Part shown: positions 39,598 through 49,629 of the stretch, piece after piece
How positions within the stretch are numbered: position 1 is the stretch's first letter
Layout: each line of letters opens with the position of its first letter
NCBI GenBank assembly: GCA_002269645.1
Contig: NIVC01002056.1
Span: 62,001-126,000 of the forward strand
DNA from: Macrostomum lignano
Taxonomy: Eukaryota
DNA length: 64,000 nt
Reading direction: 5' to 3'
Notes under the pieces: model-generated
The model's input: the letters and a program-made list of their open reading frames with translations, nothing else
Told to the model about the DNA's origin: nothing
Database searches by the model: none
Translations under genes and position numbers: made by a program

Positions 39598-41172
39598 CGG
39601 AGCATCTGAGAGCCGTTTCTCTCCAGATCGTGAGCCGCGTTCGGGAGCCTCCTCGATTGGAGCTGCCTCTGCCTCCGAGCTCTCCTCTCTCATTTCAGGT
39701 TTACAGGTTTTCAGGTTCGAGCAGCATTCTACTAAGACGATCGACTGTCGAGACATTTTTCAGATTTGCCTTTGCTCCGAGCGACTTCGTTATTTTATTT
39801 CAGGTGACGGAAAGACAACTCTGCCGACGCGTCGAGTCCGCACACCAAGGTGGCAGCAACCCTACCAAGTCAAGGCTAACGTTTTAGGTTCATTTTCAGG
39901 CAAATCGATAGGTAGTACAACGGTGCTATCTAGCTACTTCAGGAGCAGCGGGTTCTATTTCTAGGAACATCTTCAAGAACCCGAGAAGAAGCAAAACAAG
40001 TTCTTTATTCAAATTACTTATTGAAACTATATAAGTGAGTATTTAGTCAGAATTATTGTGCAAATAGTACACTGGCTCTGTAAGGAATATTGGGGCAGAA
40101 TTGCGCCTCCACAAAGAGGTTCTTATCTATAGGTTCTAGTTATAGAAAAGTCCTTGGCCTAGTTATCCATAAAAATCCTGAATAAAACACTGCTCCCATC
40201 ATTAAAAGCCTCGCTATACGTTATCCGCAGATGCCTCAGCTTCCCGCATGCCCGTGCATTGCCCAGCACGTCTGTCGCTCAGGAGTCAGGAGTGAGGGAG
40301 AGAGACTGACTCCATATATCAACTTTATTGAATCCTCTACTTGGCCCTCTGCTGCAATGCCTCGCTGCCTTCAATAAAGTTGCGCGTTAATTTTAGCAAT
40401 TTGTCTGCATGCTGGTTGAGTTGAGCCGTTGAGCTTTGGAAGCAACGGAGAGAGGCAGTGGGAGAGCTGGCATATGGTAATGCATGCAGACCAGTCATTG
40501 CTGACTTCGCTACTCCAACAGGATCCTCAAGCCAAAGTGATGTGTTCCTTACTACCAAGACTTTTTAGTAGTCAAGGAACAATCACTTCTAGCTTCTTTG
40601 CTATCCAACCCAGTTATCAGATAAAGGTACTTCTTACCTTGACTTCGATTGGAGATATCTCTTCAGGAGTTCTCTTGTAGATCTCGCTTGGATCTCTCTT
40701 TGATCTCGTAGATCAGGCGCCTTGGTTCTCCTGTTGCTCTGGTCCTGGTTTTCTTGTACTTCCGATGAAGTGACTTCCGGCCGGTGTCTGCAGTCAGGAC
40801 CAATCAGAGGCCTCGTATCAAACAATGGGTACCCTGCGCCGAATAGCGGTTTCTCCTTAGCCTTCTCCTTCTAGTAGTGCCTCTATGCACTCTAGGTAAT
40901 GCTCCGGTAATAATAATCCAAATTATAAGAAAGTCCTTCGGGCGACTACTGCCAATGGAGTCTCAAATGGACTCAAGAGTCTCAACAGACTCTAACACTA
41001 TAACAATAGAGAGTCGACTCAACAACAACTGGCGCAAATGAGAAAGGCTTACCGCAAGAGCTCGACCGAGTCTCGATTGACTTGGTGATCAGGAAGTCTC
41101 GCTAAGGATTTCCTCTTCGGAGCGCTCCTCTTCCGTGGGGAGAATGGCTCCGGTACCGCTTTGGGCCGCTTG

Positions 41173-41350
41173 TATTTATAGACGATTTTGCAGGCCAAAA
41201 AAAGTAACATGACTCATGGGTTGCGCTATAATTTGTAACATGACTCTTTGCGGCTATTATTAGAAAGTGATTCATTCCGTTGCTATAAATAGTAACATGA
41301 TTCATTCTGCTGATATAAATTGTAACATGATTCATAACATGATTCATCGT
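41173..41350 (-). promoter_or_regulatory. Putative Pol II promoter on the minus strand: TATAAATA preceded by repeated GTAACATGA[C/T]TCA
   Basis: TATTTATA at 41173-41180 (TATAAATA on the minus strand); about six AP-1-like sites at 41204-41347 in a degenerate unit of about 29 bp. Confidence 0.4.
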
Positions 41351-42622
41351 TAAAGTTTAGGTGCGCATGCGTGCACTTATTTACTTATAGTAGCATCCTA
41401 GGATTGTCAATTACTTATTTTGCGGGAGGTAGAACACTATACAAAAGCATCTCACAGTGCTTTGATGGGTTGAAAAATCCAAAAGCGCCATCTCAGATGT
41501 GCTCAGATTTCAACAGCCATTCAGAAAGTCAACAGGCAGCACTCACGATTGTTGCTAACTACGAGAGCGTAATATTTTATCATAAGGATTCATAAAATAT
41601 GAGGATAGAAAGTTTTGTGTATAATTGTTAGAAAACAAGTACGAGATAAAAGGTTAATATAGTATAGCGACAATTACAGTAACTTACAGCTACTGTAAAA
41701 GTATCGAAGAGTCTCGCTACAGACATTAAAATCTTAATGACTCTGGTTAGCTAAAAATATTATTCTCACTTCTGTCACCGCAACATAAAGTTTTTTTCTT
41801 CATCATTGAGTGCTATAAGTGTGACGTTGCTAGTTTAAGTGGTCCCGAAAAAGGGCCGTTGGACTATAGTTTCCCTCGCAATTTCTCATATTAATTTCTC
41901 CAATAGTTTATTTTAACGTTTACTTATAGTAGCGTGCAAGTAATCTGTATCAATTGCTAATTCACTGTGTATTTGGTAGGCCTCACGCTCGCCTGTGAAT
42001 TTTGGCACGATCGATAATTTCAAGTTCTCTCGCCAGCCAATGAAAACTCTCCGTGTTTTACGCTCCCCCCTTTTGCGCTCTTTATTAACCCCCCGCCTGG
42101 CGGCGGGCACTCCTCACTTTTCTGTTCTTCGCGGCTCTTGTTTTCCTTCTCCTGCCTTCTGTCTGCCTCCTTATCTCTCGCCACGGCTCCGCTGTCTGGG
42201 CCAGCCTGTTTACACTGCCACTGCCTGCCACGGCTAACGCCAATCTCACCACTACGCATCTGCCTCTTCTGTGCTCATCGCCGCTACTCACCACGTTGCA
42301 TCGCCCTGCATCACTCGCCTACCACTCGACTACAACTTCTAATTCACCTTCAATTCAAAACATTGTTGCAGCCGCCAGTGTCCCAAAAGTAGAATAAGTT
42401 CTGTATTAACGTTAACCAAATTTGAATATTGATTTAAACAATAAAACAACTACGGCAGTTACCTGCCTTGTATGCCAAGTGCTCCGCTACACAATCCGCT
42501 TCTCAAGACTTGACTCGATTCATTTTGGGACTACGACTTACGGCAACTCTCGTAAAACGGCCCTTCTAAGGGTCATAGCCTCAACACCAATAATCGTGAC
42601 AATAAGGTAAGCTGTCAAAGTT

Positions 42623-43166
42623 GGGGGCGCTTCATAAGACCTAAACTTCACAACGCCTAAAATCGAAAATGCAGCCTCCTTCACAACGCCTAAATTTCAC
42701 ATCGCCTAAATTTCACAACGCCTAAAATTTCTGCACGCTCCTTCACATCGCCTAAACTTCATATCGCCTAAATTTCACAACACCTAAAACTGAATGTGAA
42801 GGAGAGAAGCAAAGATTTTAGGCGTTGTGAAATTTAGGCGATATGAAATTTAGGCGATGTGAAGGATGCTGCATTTTCGGTTTTAAGCGTTGTGAAATTG
42901 AGGCGATATGAAGTTTAGGCGATGTGAAGGAGCGTGCAGAAATTTTAGGCGTTGTGAAATTTAGGCGATGTGAAATTTAGGCGTTGTGAAGAAGGCTGCA
43001 TTTTCGATTTTAGGCGTTGTGAAATTTAGGCGATATGAAATTTAGGCGATGTGAAAGAGCGTGCAAATATTTTAGGCGTTGTGAAATTTAGGCGATATGA
43101 AATTTAGGCGTTGTGAAGTGTGGTGGTTTTAGGCGTTGTGAAATTTAGGTCTTATGAAAGCGTCCC
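42623..43166. mobile_element. 544-bp foldback/MITE DNA transposon with 8-bp TSD TCAAAGTT
   Basis: Left TIR GGGGGCGCTTCATAAGACCTAAACTTCACAACGCCTAAAA; right TIR (reverse complement) GGGACGCTTTCATAAGACCTAAATTTCACAACGCCTAAAA. Internal 16-bp repeats invert at the centre. TCAAAGTT at 42615-42622 and 43167-43174. Confidence 0.9.
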
Positions 43167-44232
43167 TCAAAGTTTAGTACAGCGATCAGTTTTAAGAACG
43201 AATGTTAAAACAAAGACTTGCTTTAATAAGCAAAAGCAACTCTACAATGGGTCAAGAAGCAGACCGGTTGAAGAAAAACCTTCAGCTGTTTAAAAACACT
43301 CCAAAATTACAAAGAAAACGATCATTTCATGCAGGCATGCTGCGCCACCAACCTAAACCAAAGCTGCTAGAGCTTGCATTAAAAAAATTACTGTTGGACA
43401 ACATTTGTCCTGAAATTATTGGGGTCGTGACTCGACAAATAAATTAACGCAGCAGCTGACCTGCAGAAAATTTGAGCCACAGTTAGGAGCTCAGCTGGAT
43501 ATCAGACTTCAAACGTCTTCATCGAATACGATGGTATTTGTCATATTTTTAGTTGGGGTCTCGATAGCGCATGCCTGCTAGCAAAGTATTCAGCAGCTTG
43601 TGACCCCAAGCCACGGTTGTGGAAGCTTTACGAATTCCCCACTAGCCCAGAACTTAAAAATTAACTAAAAATGATTAGTGACACAAGGCTAAACAGTCTA
43701 GTTTAAATTCCAGAGGTTGGAATAAGCTTAATTTTAGTAAATAATTACGGACAAGCAAGCAATCATTCATTCAAACATACAAATCTTAGAGATTTAGTGT
43801 ATTTCGATTACTTCATCCCTCGGACGGTGCAGTTTTTTCTTCGCAGGCACTTTAATTCTCTTTGATTCAACAGCAAATCCCTTCAATACTCTCGCACATC
43901 ACATATATAGATGAGAATATATGAGCTCATGGGAGAACTGCTAAGATGTCGAGGCTTAACGGAAAATCTCTAAGATAGTTAGATGTCGAGGCTCATGGGG
44001 GAATTGCTAAGATGTCAAAGCTTATGTGGGAATCGCTTAAAAATATGTGGCATTAACAAGCTTTAGGAAATTAACAATAGCAACTGGTACTCGTAGATAA
44101 ACTCGAAGTTAATTCAAAAATGTATATCTTTCTTTGTTGCCTCCCTGTTGGGGGGGGGGGCACAGATTGCTAGTCTACTATACTAAAAAACGCATTTTGA
44201 TTTAACCCAATAATTTGATAACCAATCGTCAC

Positions 44233-45680
44233 CTTGCGAATCTCAATGGTAGTTTTGTTCAGCTCTCGACACGATTGGTTGCGAATTTCGCCTCTGATGC
44301 TAAATGACTCGCAGGCAGAAAACCGCGCCTATACAGGTGAATGTTGGCCACAATGTCTCCGGCGCAAAGACAGCTGAACAAACTGCAGCACGACCTGGCT
44401 GGGGATCAGAAGCTGTAAGTGGGAATCCCATTTTAATCCCATCCCTCCTCCCTGATGCTTCAGTGGCGCCTCCTACTCCCCGATGCCTCAGTGGGTGCCT
44501 CCTCCCCGATACTTCAGTGGGCGCCTCCCGATGCTTCAGTGGTGCCTCCTCCTCCCCGATGCTTCAGCGGGCCCCTCCTCCTCCCAAATGCTTCAGTGGT
44601 GCCTCCTCCTCCCCGATGCTTCAGTGGGCGCCTCCTCCTCCTCCCAAATGCTTCAGTTGCGCCTCCTCCTCCCCGATGCTTCAGTGGTGCCTCCTCCTCC
44701 CCGATGCTTCAGTGGGCGCTCCTCCTCCTCCCAAATGCTTCAGTTGCGCCTCCTCCTCCCCGATGCTTCAGTGGCACCTCCTCCCCCCGATGCCTCAGTG
44801 GGTGCCTCCTCCTCCCCGATGCTTCAGTGGGCGCCTCCTCCTCCTCCCAAATGCTTCAGTGGGCGCTCCTCCTCCTCCCAAATGCTTCAGTTGCGCCTCC
44901 TCCTCCCCGATGCTTCAGTGGCACCTCCTCCCCCCGATGCCTCAGTGGGTGCCTCCTCCTCCCCGATGCTTCAGTGGGCGCCTCCTCCTCCTCCCAAATG
45001 CTTCAGTGGGCGCCTCCTCCTCCTCCCAGATGCTTCAGTGGGCGCCTCCTCGGCTCCTCCCCGATGCTTCAGTGGGCGCCTCCTCGGCTCCTCCCCGATG
45101 CTTCAGTGGGCGCCTCCTCGGCTCCTCCCCGATGCTTCAGTGGGCATCCCCTTGTTATCGTCGATGTAAGCTTCCTGGGACGCGTAGATTTCCCTGTCCT
45201 TTCCAGTGCCTTGTCAAATTGAACCTGGCTGCTTCCGAATGGCGTGACTTCAATGCCTGTAGGACCAATTCAGGACAGCGTTTCAATCAGGAATCTTCAC
45301 AAATAAAAAACACAACAAAAGAGACCACTGCCATGAGAAACTACTACTGAAACTATTTTGGATAAATTCGAATGGGCTATCGCTACAAACTTGTCAACTC
45401 GTTCAAGAAAAATCCCCACTAAAAATGCACTCAGTCGAGAGAAACAACGCAAATTTTGACATAACCTTGCCTAATTGCCACACTGGGGCCAGCAGTATTT
45501 CTAAGAAATAAAAATATGCATGTTGATCTGACTGCTCCGTTATCTTAAGTATTAACGTAACATTAGGTAAACCACAAACTGGCTTAATTTTCTAGCTATC
45601 TGAACCTGACCAGGCCGGTAAACAGACTGCGGGTTGATCTCGGAGTCTAGAAATTCAATGCTGAACTGTCTAAGTTTCAT
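44233..45680 (-). pseudogene. Alpha-arrestin pseudogene (copy E): exon 1, exon 2 and the 3' part of exon 3
   Basis: 45680-45533 reads MKLRQFSIEFLDSEINPQSVYRPGQ... with two in-frame TAA. 45256-~45148 reads GIEVTPFGSSQVQFDK / frameshift / REIYASQEAYIDD. 44398-44233 reads SCCSLFSCLCAGDIVANIHLYRRGFLP / frameshift / ESFSIRGEIRNQSCRELNKTTIEIRK, ending at a GT donor in the paralogous position. Confidence 0.8.
44445..45148. repeat. GC-rich minisatellite of about 26-32 bp (CCTCCTCCCCGATGCTTCAGTGGGCGCCT) inside pseudogene E
   Basis: Direct observation; source of the Pro-rich artefact ORFs. Confidence 0.93.
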
Positions 45681-45984
45681 ATTTCAGGCCGACAAAACAA
45701 CTCGGTTACCTTAATGAGCTTTGATCAAAATTGCTCTTAGGACTTTTTTCAATCAAAGATTTTTTTGAGCAGACTTAGAATCTTGCCTTGCCGTACATAC
45801 AGACTGATGCTGTACTTTCTTGAAAAGAAAATTCTGGTACAGCCTCGCGGCAAATGTATTCAGAAGTGTACCAATTATAATGTACATCTTGGGACTACTT
45901 GTATATATCTTATGACCAGAATATTCCTGCTGTCTGAAAGTCAATGATTGATACTACTGAGTCGGAAATGTTAAGTAGTTAAAT

Positions 45985-47897
45985 CAGATCTGGATTATTG
46001 CAATCGGATCTGGTCATAGCAATCGGATCTGGGTCATTGCAATCAGATCTAGGTCATAGCAATCGGATCTGGGTCATTGCAATCAGATCTAGGTCATAGT
46101 AATCGGAACTGGGTCATTGCAATCAGATCTAGGTCATAGTAATCGGAACTGGGTCATTGCAATCAGATCTAGGTCATAGTAATCGGAACTGGGTCATTGC
46201 AATCAGATCTAGGTCATAGCAATCGGATCTGGGTCATTGCAATCAGATCTGGGTCATTGCAATCAGATCTAGGTCATAGCAATCGGATCTGGGTCATTGC
46301 AATCAGATCTGGGTCATTGCAATCAGATCTAGGTCATAGCAATCGGATTTAGGTCATAGCAATCAGATCAAGGTCATAGCAATCGGATCTGGGTCATTGC
46401 AATCAGATCTAGGTCATAGCAATCGGATCTGGGTCATTGCAATCAGATCTAGGTCATAGCAATCGGATCTGGGTCATTGCAATCAGATCTGGGTCATTGC
46501 AATCAGATCTAGGTCATAGCAATCGGATCTGGGTCATTGCAATCAGATCTGGGTCATTGCAATCAGATCTAGGTCATAGCAATCGGATTTAGGTCATAGC
46601 AATCAGATCAAGGTCATAGCAATCGGATCTGGGTCATTGCAATCAGATCTAGGTCATAGCAATCGGATCTGGGTCATTGCAATCAGATCTAGGTCATAGC
46701 AATCGGATCTGGGTCATTGCAATCAGATCTAGGTCATAGCAATCGGATCTGGGTCATTGCAATCAGATCTAGGTCATAGCAATCGGATCTTGGTCCTTGC
46801 AATCAGATCTAGGTCATAGCAATGGGATCTTGGTCCTTGCAATCAGATCTAGGTCATAGCAATGGGATCTTGGTCATTGCAATCAGATCTAGGTCATAGC
46901 AATGGGATCTTGGTCATTGCAATCAGATCTAGGTCATAGCAATCGGATTTAGGTCATAGCAATCAGATCAAGGTCATAGCAATCGGATCTGGGTCATTGC
47001 AATCAGATCTAGGTCATAGCAATCGGATCTGGGTCATTGCAATCAGATCTAGGTCATAGCAATCGGATCTGGGTCATTGCAATCAGATCTAGGTCATAGC
47101 AATCGGATCTGGGTCATTGCAATCAGATCTAGGTCATAGCAATCGGATCTTGGTCCTTGCAATCAGATCTAGGTCATAGCAATGGGATCTTGGTCCTTGC
47201 AATCAGATCTAGGTCATAGCAATGGGATCTTGGTCATTGCAATCAGATCTAGGTCATAGCAATGGGATCTTGGTCATTGCAATCAGATCTAGGTCATAGC
47301 AATCAGATCAAGGTCATAGCAATGGGATCTGGGTCATTGCAATCAGATCTAGGTCATAGCAATGGGATCTGGGTCATTGCAATCAGATCTAGGTCATAGC
47401 AATCAGATCAAGGTCATAGCAATCAGATCTGGGTCATTGCAATCAGATCTAGGTCATAGCAATGGGATCTGGGTCATTGCAATCAGATCTAGGTCATAGC
47501 AATGGGATCTGGGTCATTGCAATCAGATCTAGGTCATAGCAATGGGATCTGGGTCATTGCAATCAGATCTAGGTCATAGCAATGGGATCTGGGTCATTGC
47601 AATCAGATCTAGGTCATTGCAATCAGATCTAGGTCATAGCAATCGGATCTGGGTCATTGCAATCAGATCTAGGTCATAGCAATCGGAACTGGGTCATTGC
47701 AATCAGATCTAGGTCATAGCAATCGGATCTGGGTCATTGCAATCAGATCTAGGTCATAGCAATCGGAACTGGGTCATTGCAATCAGATCTAGGTCATAGC
47801 AATCGGAACTGGGTCATTGCAATCAGATCTAGGTCATAGCAATCGGAACTGGGTCATTGCAATCAGATCTAGGTCATAGCAATCGGAAATGGGTCAA
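45985..47897. repeat. 20-bp minisatellite, about 95 copies, alternating A/B units (40-bp higher-order repeat)
   Basis: GCAATCAGATCTAGGTCATA alternates with GCAATCGGATCTGGGTCATT. Confidence 0.97.
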
Positions 47898-48892
47898 GAT
47901 TCAAGAATAGACTCGAAATAGAAATAGACTCAAAATTTAACAATAAATAGTGCAAGGCACACATGTGCTGGCTTTACCATAGTATAAGTATATTTTGATC
48001 ATGAAACGTCAGATTAATATTGATAGGCTTTAAATTTTATAACTGCACCATCGTAATAATAAGAACATGAGTTAATTTTTTGCAAGATTGCAATACACGC
48101 TATTGATAAATAAAATAACAAGTAAAGCGTTTTTCAGTTATTCTGTAACAGATTCAGCTCGCTTTGCCATATATATAAGAAAACAGTAATCATAGGAAAT
48201 TTGTGGGAATCCATGCAGGCGCTCTACCCATTCCGCCGACTCCACGCACTTGTACACACGCTCAAACGGGGTGTACAGCGAACCCTCGAAGCAACCATTG
48301 GTATCGTGGCGCGAGAATAAGTGCTCTGGTCCCCAGGACTTTACCATAGACTGTAAAATTAAAAGCACTGCTTTTAAGTGAGGGAGGTGAGCTGGGTGTG
48401 GGTGCCTAGCCTCACTTTGAACCATAGACATTCTATAGAATCTGATGTACATATATGATTCTGATTTACGAGTAAAGCCCATTTAATTATCAGTGTCGAT
48501 TTTTATCTTCCATCGAAATGACTGACGAATATATGAATACAAAATTCTCTAGTAGATTACTTGTAGAATTTTTTTGCAGTTTATGACCCTTGAAAAGTCG
48601 TTTTATGCTATAGATCACATTGAGCTGGAGTTGGTCCCGCGGTGAGAGCCAATCATGGCCCCCATGCATATGCATCAACGTCATCAACAGTTGTTAATGG
48701 TAATAAAAATATTCAGTTGGTAAAAACATAGTTGTAGTGATGATACTGATTTCTTGTGAAATGCGAAATTCTACGAAAATCTCTAAACAGACGCTCAATT
48801 ATAAGTAGTATCATTGTCGAATAAAAGTGTATCTAGCGTTCTAGATATCTGTGCTTTTCATAAATTCAGACTTGCATGCTTATATCAGTCCT

Positions 48893-49185
48893 AATAAATA
48901 ATAATAATTGATTACATCTGCCCTAATGAGCAGATGTGCAACCGAAAGCTCAGCCGCAGCTATTGCAAGGCGCATCTGAAGGCTGCGTACGGCTGTTCAG
49001 TCCAAGGACTGGGGGGGGGGGGGTCGCCACACACACCCTCAACTACCCCAGCTAATGCTGACACCCATCTTACAGCTGTGTGAACTGACGTAATGCAGAG
49101 TTAAGCGTCTTGCTCAAATCACACAAATTGTTCTATTGGGATCGGGAATCGAACCCCCCACCCCACCGACCTTCAAGCCGACTAC
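48893..49185 (-). mobile_element. CORE-type tRNA SINE, copy 3 (head partly deleted)
   Basis: Matches copy 1; 3' tail hairpin CATCTGC-TCATTAGG-GCAGATG followed by an (ATT/TATT)n-like tail. Confidence 0.85.
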
Positions 49186-49629
49186 AATAAGTGTCACTAG
49201 TTGAAGCATGTAGAGCCAATGGCATTTCAGGCCAGGGCCATACACATAGAAACTGTCCACAAACAAAATGACACAATTTATTGAAAAAGCTAGAAAAATG
49301 AATTATTGCAATTTTAAAATGACATCATTTACTAAATTGCTTAATAAAATCTCCCCATAAAATATGAAACAATAAAAAATTAGGTATGCAATCATATTTT
49401 TTAGCGTAATAGGACAATTTTTTGCACCAGCTGAAGTCACGAATCTGGCCAATGAATAAAGCAATACAATTACCATAAAAACTGTGCACGAAAATAACAC
49501 ATCAGCATGTGCGTCTTCACTTGCAGTAAGGCTCTGCTGTATTTAAAACGGCTAAAAAGCTTAAAAATAAATTCAAATTCAGTTTTAGGATGAAAGAAAT
49601 TAGGACCATCTGAAATAAAATATAAGCTC

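Noticed and set aside
39566-39964. Walker A-like GDGKTT / SGKS as a parvoviral NS1 helicase
   Set aside because: Neither fits GxxxxGK[ST], and no Walker B or motif C is visible.
41380-41933. 15-bp direct repeat TTTACTTATAGTAGC at 41380 and 41919
   Set aside because: No TIRs or other structure between the copies; AT-rich, so left unexplained.
42330-42400. GGCNNV on the minus strand as an arrestin exon-4 remnant of copy E
   Set aside because: Only five residues match and the flanks do not align.
44304-45350. Pro-rich 228-348 aa ORFs
   Set aside because: Translations of the GC-rich minisatellite; the real signal is the arrestin pseudogene on the opposite strand.
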